NCBI RefSeq assembly: GCF_004010195.1
Contig: NC_057718.1
Coordinates: forward strand, 51,778,373-51,842,372
Direction: 5' to 3'
Length of the DNA: 64,000 nt
DNA from: Chiloscyllium plagiosum
Lineage: Eukaryota
Shown here: piece after piece, positions 24,397-35,895 of the stretch
Layout: each line of letters starts with the position of its first letter
Position numbering within the stretch: the first letter of the stretch is position 1
Program-made: the position numbers and the translations under genes
Notes under the pieces: model-generated
What the model saw: only the letters and a program-made list of their open reading frames with translations
Told to the model about the DNA's origin: nothing
Database searches by the model: none

Positions 24397-25334
24397 TACT
24401 CCATGTTGTACACTTATTGGGAGAAGCCTAGATAGTGGAACGTCACAGAATGTATTCTGAATGAGGAACTTTAATATCCATTCCCAAGAGTGGCTCAATA
24501 ACATGACGACTGACTGCGCTAGCCAAGGACATGGCTGTTTAGCTGGGTCTGCAGCAGATAGTGAGGGAACAAATAAAAGAGAAAACATTAGTCGACCTCT
24601 TCCTCATCAATCTACCTGTTGTAAGTGCATCTGCCAATGACTGTAGTGGTCAGAGTGAACATTGCCTAATCTTGTGGAGATGATGTCTTATCTTCACACC
24701 TTGGATAACCTCTATGTCTTGTGTGGCAGTATCAACATGCCAAATGGGGGAGATTTTGAACAAATCTAATGACTCAAAATTGGACACACGTAAAGTGCTG
24801 TGGGCCATCAGCAGCAGCAGAATTGTGTTTAACCATCACCTATAACCTCATTACCCAGTGGAACCTTTAATCTACCATCACCATCAAGCCAAAGATGCTG
24901 CCAGATATTGTGAGTTTCTTCAGTATGTTCTGTGTTTATTTCTGAACACTGGTATGCACAGTACATGGTTTTTTATTAATAATGGGGATGAATCCCGGTT
25001 CAGTACAGACTGCCACAGTGCCAGGAACAGCATAGCTAAAAATGAGGTGAATCTATAAGCCAAGACCAAATGCAAGTCCAGCAACTTAGTGCAAAAGACA
25101 AGGTTGAAGCATTTGAAACAATCTTCAGCCAGAATTGTCAAAAGAATAGTTCATCGTGACCCCCTCCTAAGGACTCCAGCATCGTAGATGCCAATCTTCA
25201 GTCAATTCTATTCACTCCACATGATATCAAGATACTATTACAAAGGCTATGGGTGCTCACAACATTCTGGCAATGTACTGATTACATGTACTCCAGGATT
25301 AGCTGGGTCTGAACCAAGCTATTTCAGTACAGAT

Positions 25335-25672
25335 GGGGGAGGTGATGGCCTAGTGGTCTTATCGCTGGACTGTCAATCCAGAGACCCAGGTCATGTTCTG
25401 GGAACCCAGGTTTGAATCTCGCCACGGCAGATGGTAGAATTTGAATTCAACAAAAATCTGGAATTCAGGGTTTAATGATGACCAAGTCAATTATTGGAAA
25501 ATAAACGCATGTGGTTCACAGATGTCCTTAGGGAAGGAAACTGCTGGTCTGGCCTACATGTGACTGCAGACCCACAGCAATATGGTAGACTTTTAATTGC
25601 CCTCTTTTAATTAGGAACAGGCAATAAATCTGGCCTTGCCTGTGATGTCTTCATCCCATAAATGAATAAAGA
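25335..25672 (+). mobile_element. tRNA-derived SINE, SacSINE1/Deu-SINE-like, full length
   Basis: ggggaggtgatggcctagtggt..ctggactgtcaatccagagaccca..ggtttgaatctcgccacggcag head, tggtctggcctacatgtgact core, catcccataaatgaataaa tail. Confidence 0.8.
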
Positions 25673-25974
25673 AGCTACAGCACTGGCATCTACCCAGCAA
25701 TGTGGAATATTGTTGGCTTTCCCCTGTACACAAAACACAGGACAGATTGAGCTCATCAATTACTACCCCATCAAGAATGTGATGGAATACCAATCTGAAT
25801 GACTGCAGCTCCAAAATACTGAAGTAGCTCAACGCTTTCCAAGACAAAGCATCTTGCTTGATTAATGTCCCCATCCACCGCTGTCATCATTCACTCCTTT
25901 TGCCATCTGTTATATGTTGGTCTGCCCACATGACTATTGATGATAGAAGCATACTCATGGAAGCATACTGAAGA

Positions 25975-26660
25975 ATTGATCTCAGCCTCAAACTAAAGAA
26001 GAGTCAAATCTTTTAGCAACTTATCCCAGGGCAGGTTCTGGTCTATCTCTCTATTAAGGTCAACAGAAAATCTTTGCAAATGTGGAATAGCTTTCATACC
26101 TGGGAAGCTAACTCTCATTTAAGGCTGACATCAATGCGACACCCCATTCAATCCATGAGCACCACCTTCGGATAGCTAAGGGTGAAAGTCTTTGACAACT
26201 GCAAAAGCAGTGCTATATATAAGATGTTTGCCCTTCCAACTCTTCTATAGGGCTCAGAAACTTGGAGCCTATATTATATATGTATACTACACATATATAG
26301 CTGCTATCTCAATATTCTTCAGAAATACTATCCATGCTGTTTGACATGGATCCTCCAAGCCAGCCAAGAGGATAGGCGAATCAACGTCAGCATCATTTAA
26401 GGAGCAATGGCTTCAGCATTAAGGCCTCATTCCTGAAGAAGGGCTTATGCCCGAAACATCGATTCTCCTGTTCCTTGGATACTGCCTGACCTGCTGCGCT
26501 TTTCCAGCAACACATTTTCAGCTCCAGCATTAAGGCCATTATCATCCAAATTCAACTCTGCTGGCAATCCGCATGAGTTCTGACTATCAAAGCAAATCTT
26601 CATTGCCCAGCTGAAGGAAAGTATTTGAGCGAGAGGAGGACAAAGAAAACACTTCAAAGT
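25975..26660 (+). mobile_element. Degraded RTE-clade LINE, RT C-terminal part
   Basis: Frame-broken L.LKLKKS, FSYLGS and KQIFIAQLKE..RARGGQRKHFK motifs. Confidence 0.7.
26427..26520 (+). mobile_element. 94-bp solo hammerhead-plus-tail PLE insertion with a 17-bp TSD
   Basis: TSD gcttcagcattaaggcc (26410-26426) and gctccagcattaaggcc (26521-26537). Motif attc-CTGAAGA-a-gggc-ttat-gccc-GAAA-catc-gatt at 26429-26464. Confidence 0.9.
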
Positions 26661-27279
26661 CTGTTATTTTTAAACAATAAATAAGAGATTTTACAACTTG
26701 TGAACCAGGCACACTGTGCCACCTATGAAGAAGTGAAAGAACCTGAAAGAAATGGTCAGAGAACCAAAGGATTTGGGAAACAAAAGGAAACATCATCAAA
26801 TCATGAGAACTGGAGCCATTGAACTGTTTTCCTCCATCCATAAAACCAAGTTTTTTTTCATCTATATGTGTTTGTTTGGGCATGTGTGTATGGAGGTAGT
26901 TAGAAGAGGTTAGAGATTTAACTAGGAGAGTTATAAATCAATAGCTCATAGTTGCTCATCCATTTATTTTTAATTTATTTATTTGCAATAAATAGTAATT
27001 CTTGTTCAGTATAGAAACCTGGTCTGTGTTTTTTGCTAACCTGAGTTGACCAGACGGTGTTCACTATCAACTTTTATAGTCTTTCTAAACTTTTGGTGAT
27101 AACTCTGAAAAAGGTGGGGCTGGATTTCCAGTCCACTCCTGGTGAGACATAGCAGTTTAGACAAAAGATTCAACAAACCAAAGTCTCATAATATAAATGA
27201 CAGAATGTAATGAATGACAAAACATATGTTTCACAATCATTTTTTCAAATAAAAATCAATGTCACAAATAGTCATGCAG

Positions 27280-27735
27280 TAGTAGTGGCCTACAAAACAG
27301 ATAAAGGCTCTTTGACCTATCAAAGTTGGGCTAGTCAAAAACAACCACCTAACTATTCTAATCCCATATTCCAGTTTTTGGCTTAAAACTTTGAATGCGT
27401 CGGCATCAGAAGTGTACACCTAATTACTTCTTGAATGTTATCAGGACTTCTATTTCTATGATGCTTACAGGTAGTCAGCTCCAGATTCCCATCACCCTCT
27501 GGATGAAACATGTTTCCTCACATTCCCTCTAAACCTCCTAGCCCTAACCTTAAGTCTATGCCCCTATGATTGTTGATTCCTTCAACAAAGGGAAATGTTT
27601 ATTCCTGTCTATCTTGTCTGTGCCCCTCATAATTTTATACCTCTTGATGATGCCCTCCCTCAGTCTTCAGTGCTCAAAGAAAACAGTCCCAGGCTATCCA
27701 ATATCTCTTCATATTGAGCCCAGGCAACATCCTGG
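27280..27735 (-). mobile_element. Old CR1 3' part (continues at about 31200-31590 and 32255-32385)
   Basis: ccagattcccatcaccctctggatgaaa..tttcctcacatt (reverse complement of FFxQRVxxxWN). Colinear CR1 sequence resumes after the nested insertions. Confidence 0.75.
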
Positions 27736-27927
27736 GAATCAAAAACCGAAGTTGCTGGAAAAGGTCAGCAGGTCTGGCAGCATCTGTGAAGAGAAATCAA
27801 AGGATTCTGGGTAATCCAAGATGGAGGATGGGAAAAATTTCTGGTTGTAGAGTTGCTCCTTTTTTTGAGATATTTTAGGTTTTGGAGGTGATTTCCTTGA
27901 ATACCAGGAGCAGCAATTACAGCAGTT

Positions 27928-28022
27928 GAGAGAGAGAGAGAGAGAGGGAGGGAGAGAGAGAGAGAGAGGGAGGGAGAGGGAGAGAGAGAGAGAGCGAGAG
28001 AGCGAGAGAGAGAAAGAGAGAG

Positions 28023-28065
<43 letters not shown>
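27928..28065 (+). repeat. (GA)n-rich microsatellite in the CR1 5' UTR
   Basis: Seen directly. Confidence 0.98.
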
Positions 28066-28068
<3 letters not shown>

Positions 28069-29105
28069 CCTGCACAGTTACCGCCTTTGCCATTTGATTT
28101 TGTGTATCGCTGAACATTGGAGTGCATCTGGGAAAATTAACAGTGAAATTGACAACTAATCTTGGAGGAACTGTTGGGCGACGTTCACAGCACAGAATCA
28201 AATAAGTTAATCGTTGTTTTAAGTCTGTCCAAGAGAAAGGCTGCAGTAGTGAGTATAGTGGATTCTTTCTTGATTATATGTTTTTCGAAATAAGTCTCTT
28301 GATTAAACTTAAAATATAAGCCACAGCTATTAATTTAACTAGGGGCAGTGTTTGTAGAGGAATAAAACGTTGCTATTTTCTGGGTCTATAGATTGTGAAG
28401 GAGCAAAAATGGCCTTTGCAGTGATATGTACTTCTTGTCAGATGTGGGAGTTTAAAGAGAGTTTAAGGGTGACTGCGGCTTTATATCTGCCATAAATGCT
28501 GATGTATGCGAATCTTATCAGATCGAGTGGATCAGTTGGAGAGACAGATAGAAGCGATGAGGAATTTGCAACAGCAACAGTATGTGATGGATGGCAGGTA
28601 TAGGAAGGGGGGGAAAGTCTCAGATACAGTCACATAGATGGGTTAACTCCAGGAGGGGTGAGAGAGGTAGGCAGCTAGTGCAGGAGTCTTTTGTGGATAT
28701 ACCCATTTCAAATGGGTATGCTGTTTGGAAAATGTAGGGGGTGATGGATTCGCAAGTCAACATATGTGTACCAAGTTTCTGGTATTGAGACTGGCTCTAA
28801 TGCAATGAAGGATATGCCGGCTTCCAAGAGATCAATTGTGTTAGGGGATTTTGTAGTCAGAGGTACAGACAGAAGTTTCTGCAGCCAGCAGAGAAAAAGC
28901 AGAATGGTGTGTTGTTTCCCTGGTGCCAGGATCAAGGATGTCTCAGAGAGGGTGCAGAATGTTCTCACAGGGGAGAGGGGCCAGCAAGAGGTCATTGTCC
29001 ACATTGGAACCAACGACATAGGAAGGGAAAAGGTTGAGATTCTGAAGGGAGATTACAGAGAGTTACGCAGTAATTTATAAAGGAGGTCCTCAAGGGTAGT
29101 AATAT

Positions 29106-29999
29106 NNNNNNNNNNNNNNNNNNNNNNNNNNNNNNNNNNNNNNNNNNNNNNNNNNNNNNNNNNNNNNNNNNNNNNNNNNNNNNNNNNNNNNNNNNNNNNN
29201 NNNNNNNNNNNNNNNNNNNNNNNNNNNNNNNNNNNNNNNNNNNNNNNNNNNNNNNNNNNNNNNNNNNNNNNNNNNNNNNNNNNNNNNNNNNNNNNNNNNN
29301 NNNNNNNNNNNNNNNNNNNNNNNNNNNNNNNNNNNNNNNNNNNNNNNNNNNNNNNNNNNNNNNNNNNNNNNNNNNNNNNNNNNNNNNNNNNNNNNNNNNN
29401 NNNNNNNNNNNNNNNNNNNNNNNNNNNNNNNNNNNNNNNNNNNNNNNNNNNNNNNNNNNNNNNNNNNNNNNNNNNNNNNNNNNNNNNNNNNNNNNNNNNN
29501 NNNNNNNNNNNNNNNNNNNNNNNNNNNNNNNNNNNNNNNNNNNNNNNNNNNNNNNNNNNNNNNNNNNNNNNNNNNNNNNNNNNNNNNNNNNNNNNNNNNN
29601 NNNNNNNNNNNNNNNNNNNNNNNNNNNNNNNNNNNNNNNNNNNNNNNNNNNNNNNNNNNNNNNNNNNNNNNNNNNNNNNNNNNNNNNNNNNNNNNNNNNN
29701 NNNNNNNNNNNNNNNNNNNNNNNNNNNNNNNNNNNNNNNNNNNNNNNNNNNNNNNNNNNNNNNNNNNNNNNNNNNNNNNNNNNNNNNNNNNNNNNNNNNN
29801 NNNNNNNNNNNNNNNNNNNNNNNNNNNNNNNNNNNNNNNNNNNNNNNNNNNNNNNNNNNNNNNNNNNNNNNNNNNNNNNNNNNNNNNNNNNNNNNNNNNN
29901 NNNNNNNNNNNNNNNNNNNNNNNNNNNNNNNNNNNNNNNNNNNNNNNNNNNNNNNNNNNNNNNNNNNNNNNNNNNNNNNNNNNNNNNNNNNNNNNNNNN
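29106..29999. other. Assembly gap (N run) inside the CR1
   Basis: Run of n characters. Confidence 1.
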
Positions 30000-31153
30000 T
30001 TCCCCATGGGAGACTGATTAGCAAGGTTAGATCTCATGGAATACAGGGAGAACTAGCCATTTGGACACAGAATTGGCTCAAAGGTAGAAGACAGAGGGTG
30101 GTGGTGGAGGGTTATTTTTCAGACTGGAGGCCTGTGACCAGTGGAGTGCCACAAGGATTGGTGCTGGGTCCTCTACATTTTGTCATTTACATAAACGATT
30201 TAGATGTGATCATAAGAGGTACAGTTAGTAAGTTTGCAGATGACACCAAAATTGGAGGTGTAGTGGACAGTGAAGAGGGTTACCTCAGATTACAACAGGA
30301 TCTGGGCCACATGGGCCAATGGACTGAGACGTGGCAGATGGAGTTTAATTCAGATAAATGCGAGGTGCTGCATTTTGGGAAAGCAAATCTTAGCAGGACT
30401 TATACACTTAATGGTAAGGTAGTGTTACTGAACAAAGAGACCTTGGAGTGCAGGTTCATAGCTCCTTGAAAGTGAAGTCGCAGGTAGATAGGATAGTGAA
30501 GAAGGCGTTTGGTATGCTTTCCTTTATTGGTCAGAGTATTGAGTACAGGAGTTGAGAGGTCATGTTGCGGCTGTTTCGGACATTGGTTAGGCCACTGTTG
30601 GAATATTGTGTGCAATTCTGGTCTCCTTCCTATCGGAAAGATGTTGTGAATCTTGAAAGGGTTCAGAAAAGATTTACAAGGATGTTGCCAGGGTTAGAGG
30701 ATCTGAGCTACAGAGAGAGGCTGAACAGGCTGGGGCTGTTTTCCCTGTAGCGTCGGAGGCCGAGGGGTAACCTTATAGAGATTTACAAAATTATGAAAGG
30801 CATGGATAGGATAAATAGACAAAGTCTTTTCCCTGGAGTCGGGGAGTCCAGAACTCGAGGGCATAGGTTTAGGGTGAGAGGGGAAAGATATAATAGAGAC
30901 CTAAAGGGCAACTTCTTCACGCAGAGGGTGGTACGTGTATGGAATGAGCTGCCAGAGGATGTGGTGGAGGCTGGTACAATTGCAACATTTAAGAGGCATT
31001 TGGATGGGTACATGAAGAGGAAGGGTTTGGAGGGATATGGGCTAAGTGCTGGCAGGTGGGACTAGATTGGGTTGGGATATCTGGTCGGCATGGACAGGTT
31101 GAACCGAAGGGTCTGTTTCCATGCTGTACATCTCCATGACTCTATGACTCTAA

Positions 31154-31189
31154 GTTAACGTTTCTGGTCTAGTGACCGTTTATCAGAAC
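31154..31189 (-). ncRNA. Minimal hammerhead motif (G8>A) on a PLE terminal repeat split by the CR1
   Basis: Minus strand reads gtt-CTGATAA-ac-ggtc-acta-gacc-a-GAAA-CGTT^aac, with helix I GUU/AAC. The rest of the tail lies at about 27737-27801. Confidence 0.7.
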
Positions 31190-31356
31190 TCCCAGTTAAC
31201 TGGGCATGCACACTAAGGTCTCTCTGATCATCAGTGCTTCCTAGAGTTTTCCCAATCATCATGTATTCTCTTGCCTTGTTTGTCCTGTCCAGATGCATCA
31301 CCTCACACTTATCCAGACTGAACTTCATTTGCCAGTGTGCAGCCCATCTGATTATC

Positions 31357-31358
<2 letters not shown>

Positions 31359-31395
<37 letters not shown>

Positions 31396-31408
31396 TACAT
31401 ATATATAT
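31359..31408 (+). repeat. (TA)n microsatellite
   Basis: Seen directly. Confidence 0.97.
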
Positions 31409-31592
31409 CCTCCTGTAATCTAAGGCAACCCACCTCACTATTTACTACTCCATCAAGGTTTCATATCGTTTGCAAATTTACTGATCAACCCATCTACATT
31501 CATGTCTGAATCATTTATGTACACCACAAACAGTAACGTCCCCAACACTGATCCCTGCATAACTCCACTGGATACAGATTTCCAGTCACAAG

Positions 31593-32199
31593 TGTCACAA
31601 AGCTGGTCCATTTTTTTCTAAAAGCTGTTCTTTTTCTCAAGGATACTGTGTCCTTGGGTTTTTCCAGAAGGGTAATAAAACAGTCCCGGCTCTGATTAGA
31701 CTGGTTTGGTACAGAGATTAAAGGATATTGAGAGGCATTTTTGTTTTTATGTCAACAGATGAGACTTCAGACCAAAGTGGTCATGTTTTAGAAGTGACCT
31801 CTATAATGAAAGGGGAGTGGTCAGGTCTCTAGCTGAGCAGTTCAGTCCAGAACTAGTTAGGAGTCCAGCTGTGTGGAAACAGGTTGCAAAACTCTCTCTC
31901 TCTGCCCTTCTAACTTCAACCTGTATGCATCTGTTCCTTTATGTTTTTTTTAAGGGGGTTTGCTTATTGGGACTGTTGTGCATTTTCAGGACAGCATAAT
32001 TAAGTCTAGTTTGGATAGACTGAGTTCTGCAGGAGTTCTTTATTTTGTTCTTTGTGTTCATTGTGTAATTGTGTGAATAAATGGCTATCTGTTTTAAAAC
32101 CTAGTAGCCAACATGGCTAACTTACTCCAGATAATTCTCACCGTACACATACCGAAACAAATTGCAAAGTTATGGTCTAGGTTGCCTGCTCAAGAATGT
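31593..32199 (+). mobile_element. Unclassified insertion of about 600 bp, possibly a truncated solo LTR
   Basis: Starts TGTCAC, contains AATAAA at about 32076, is non-coding and interrupts a CR1. No terminal CA or clean TSD seen. Confidence 0.4.
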
Positions 32200-33659
32200 T
32201 TTGCCAGTGTGCAGCCCATCTGACGATCCCATATACATATATCCTCCTGTAACACAAGACATCCCTTGACATTCTGCTTTCTGCCTATTCTGTATCCAAT
32301 TTGTATCCTTGGATTCTATGTTACTTTGGCTATCAGTCTCCTGTATGGGACATTATAAAAAACCTTGCTGAAGTCCAAGTAATCTATGGAATTTTCAGGA
32401 AACAATGGTTCCCTGATTCCATGTACAGGATCAACAGAGTTTGAGTGAAAAAACAATCAACTCTATCTGCATGACACTGATGTTTTACATCGTCAGTGCT
32501 ACAATAGCTGATATAATTACATATTGTAACTTCACATGTGTCACAACCCATGAAATCAAACAAAACTCAAGGACACAATAGAAACTGCAGCAGACTGTTT
32601 AAGAAACACTTTCAAATCTGAATATGAAAGAAGATGGTCCCTTTCTTCAGAATTGGTGAAGTTAAAATTTCATCTCTCTGCCGTGCAAAAGGAAATGAAA
32701 GTTGAAGAGGAAAAGGCCGATCTACTAGTTCAGTTATAAATCCAAATTTGAGAATACCATCTTTGAGATGAAGAAGTCTTTAAGGAGTTTCTTCAATCAT
32801 CTCACAAAATTGAGTTAAGAGCTAAGACAGAAAAAGGAATAGGATAAACTACAAGCTCTGTGTCATTAATACATGAAGATCTGTAATAACTCATATTTTA
32901 ACCATTCCAGCCTCAGCAGGAGCAGTGAGGAAAAGTTTGGCTTGAGCTCAAAGCTACGCTGATAAAAAAAAAGACAGACCTGCAAAAATATCACACACAG
33001 CAAGGAGCTATAATTTTCATCTTTTGGAAAAAAAATGCTAGCAATGACACTGTAGTGAAAGAACTTAAGCAGGACATAGAGCAAGTCAAACAACTGCTGA
33101 AGCAGCAAATGGAAAAGGCATGGGCTTCCAAGAGCAAAAAGAAATTGAAGAGGCTGAACAGTTCTTACAGTGGGTTGTGAAGGAGAACATATACTAGACA
33201 AAAAGGCGAAAGCTTGGTCAAATTCAAAGAATCTAGAGTACTAAAACAAAGCTTTAAATAAGTTGGAAGCTGTTAAGGAATAAAACAGTAAGTGCCATGA
33301 GGATTTGAACCATTCAAAATAGCTTAAGCAATAAGATCATCCACCTAATCTAGAACAAAACATGGTTGTACAGCATTGGGATCAGTACCTATAATCCATG
33401 CCAATATAAAAAGGAACAAGTGACATTATCACTGATGACTGTAGCAACCAACAGAACCTCCATACAAAGTCACCTTAACAAATTCCAGATGTATCAGGAA
33501 ATTACCCATACGTTAAGGAGACACTCAGGCTCAGTTTTTCTTGTAAACATTTAAACTTATTTTTAAAAAGGAGAGTGATGCTGTATGTGCACTTTGCCTT
33601 TAAGAACTCCATGCTCTATGCTGATACAATGTTATGACTGCCTGGGAATTAATCTGCTG

Positions 33660-34908
33660 TGACTTCGCAATTCACCTGGACCATCTCGGACACCTCCCTC
33701 CCCTTTCTGGACATCTCTGGCGATTGACTCAACACAGATATCTACTTCAAACCCACCAACTCTCACAACTACTTGGACTACACCGCCTCCCACCCTCACC
33801 CTATCTCATGTAAAAATGTGATTCCTTACTCCCAATTCTTCCGCATCCGTTGTATCTGCTCCCAGGAGAAGCAATTCCACTCCAGGACAACCCAGATGGC
33901 CTCTTACTTTAAAGACCACAATTTCCTCTCTCACATGATCAACAATGCCCTCCAACACATCTCCTCCACTTCCCGCACTTCCACCCTTGAACCCCATCCG
34001 TCTAACTGTAACAAGGATAGAACCCCACTGGTCCTCAACTTACCACCCCACTTATCTCTGGATACAGTGAATTATCCCCTGCCATTTCCACCACTTTCAA
34101 TCAGTGTCCACCACCAGAGATATATTTCCCTCCCCACCTTGATCTGTGTTCCGCAGAGACCATTCCCTCCGCAACTCCCTTGTTCGGTCTACACCCCCCG
34201 CCACCCACCCTCCATTCGCTTGCTGCCACAAGAGGTGTAGAACCTGTGCCTGCACCTTCCCTCTCACCTCCGCCCAAAGCCCCAAAAGATCATTTTACAT
34301 ATGGCAGAGATCTTCCTGCCCAACTACCGCATCTACTGTGTCCGTTGCTCTTAATGTGGTCTCCTTTACATTGAGGAGAGGAGATGCCAATTTTGTGGAA
34401 CATTTCAGGAATGTCTCTGGGACATACGCACCAAACACCCTCTGGCCGCCCTCTGGCCGACCACTTCAACTCCCCTCCTAATCTGACAAGGACATGCAAG
34501 TTCTGGGTCGCCTCCACCGCCAAATCCAAGCCACCCAACAACTGGAGGAAGAACACTTCATCTTCCGTCTTGGGACCATCCAATCACACAGCATCAACGC
34601 CAACTTCACGAGTTTCCTTATCTCCCATCCCCCCACCTCATCCCAGATCGGATCCACCCTCTTGAACTGTCCTACCTGTCCATCTTCTTTTCCCACCTGT
34701 CAGCTTTACCTTCCCTCCAAACCTATCACTTTCACCCCCCACCTGCACTGACATTGTGCCTTCCCAGCTACCTTCTTCCCACCCTCACCCTCCTATTTAT
34801 CTCTCAGCCCCCTTCGCACCCCTTCCCTGAGCCCCTCCTCCACTTTCCTGATGAAAGGTTGAAACCTAAAACATTGACTCTCTTGCTTCTCAGATGCTGC
34901 CCGACCTG
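33660..34908 (+). mobile_element. Penelope-like (Neptune-type) element: RT C-terminus, GIY-YIG, terminal repeat
   Basis: QFTWTISDTSLPFLDI..TDIYFKPTNSHNYLDY..HP..CKNVIPYSQFFRIRCICS, C..RCRTC, LADHFNSP, EEEHFIFRLGTIQSHSIN. Degenerate hammerhead at about 34845-34878. Confidence 0.92.
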
Positions 34909-35895
34909 CAGGAAGAAAGGAAACACCCAAGTGGCCAGAGACAAGCAGTGCCCTTCTCAGAGGGCAATGCTGCATGATCAAACAGTGAAGGGGAGGACAA
35001 GGACTAAATCAAAATAGAGTTGGAGGGGGAAATAATACACTCCACTCCCTGCGGTGCCCACCTCTCCCTGAACAGCTCAAGGATGTTGGTGGACACTGCA
35101 TGCTCCTTCTCCAGAGACACCTGGGCTCTAACGTAAGAGGGCAGGCAGTTGGCCCTACCGACCCCATCCACGGCATGCTGCCTGGACCTGTTTATGGCCA
35201 GTTTGGCCAGACCCAGGAGCAGATCCACGAAGAGGTCCTCAGACCCGCCCTCCCCCCTCTGTACCAGGTGCCTGAAGATCAGGAGTGAGGGGCTGAAGTG
35301 CAACCAAAAACAGAGAAGAACGTTTTTAAGAAAATCAAAAAGGGTGTGCAAGCACCCATACCCAATATATGCATTGTTTATGGAATCCAGAGCACCACAG
35401 AACAAGCAGTTGGGCTGGGAGTCTGTGAGCCACCGCAATCTGCGGTTGCAGGGGACCACTGCGTGCAGCATCCTCCACCCCAGATCCCCAAGAGAAAGGG
35501 GGAGGAGTCCCATATAGAGAGGCCTCCATTGGGGATCCCCACCACCCAGTGATGGATGGGCATGCCAAGACATGTCCAGATGGTGGATGAGGGAGGATCG
35601 TGGACGGTGTGAAGCAGCAGGCTGTACAGGGCCCATTGTGATACATCCCTGAGGGGGACAAAACTAAAATTCTGAAGGCAGCTCAGGTTGTGGGGAATAG
35701 GTGCCCGGGGGAAGTACGGGACCTTGGGGCCAATGTGAAATTCCGTCCGGGCAGGGGTAAGCGCAAACGGGATCCCACCGCACACCTGAGCATCCTCCAA
35801 CTGGTGCACTACGTCGGGTCCGAGCACCGCCGTTTTAAGGCGTCGAATGGCAGTGGCCACGAACTGGGCACCTACCGCTGCCCTGCTTGCTATGT
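34909..35895 (-). mobile_element. Tx1/L1-clade non-LTR retrotransposon, ORF2 C-terminus and 3' UTR
   Basis: ORF 35004-35636: PQWRPLY..LGDLGWRMLHAVVPCNRRL...CLFCG (zf-RVT-like)...LLLGLAKLAINRSR...FRERW. GC-rich relative to flanks. Confidence 0.85.

Larger units (their letters stand above)
23840..25900 (+). mobile_element. Degraded L2/CR1-like LINE (AP-endonuclease region into the RT start) with nested insertions
   Basis: Frame-broken LLANI..LVPKLGEFSHRLVK..PDIVILIES and ..NFNIHSQEWL motifs, typical of a non-LTR APE domain. Confidence 0.65.
27802..31152 (+). mobile_element. Near full-length CR1 (HER1-type) LINE: 5' UTR, ORF1 (zinc finger/coiled coil plus SGNH esterase), ORF2 RT, 3' tail
   Basis: ORF1 starts at ATG 28409: MAFAVICTSCQMWEF...ICHKC..LSDRVDQLERQIEAM, then IVLGDFVVRG..CCFPGARIKDV..VHIGTNDIG (esterase). 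After the gap: GVPQGLVLGP, KFADDTK, QRVVRVWNELP and a (ctatgact)n end. Frameshifts and stops are present. Confidence 0.93.

Noticed and set aside
26662..27153. Possible solo LTR (TG...CA, with AATAAA)
   Set aside because: No matching TSD or second copy seen, so it is unsupported.
27765..28201. RE-rich and LS-rich ORFs
   Set aside because: Translations of the (GA)n microsatellite.
29053..30037. ORFs longer than 300 aa (also those at 8695-9392)
   Set aside because: Artefacts of translating N gaps.
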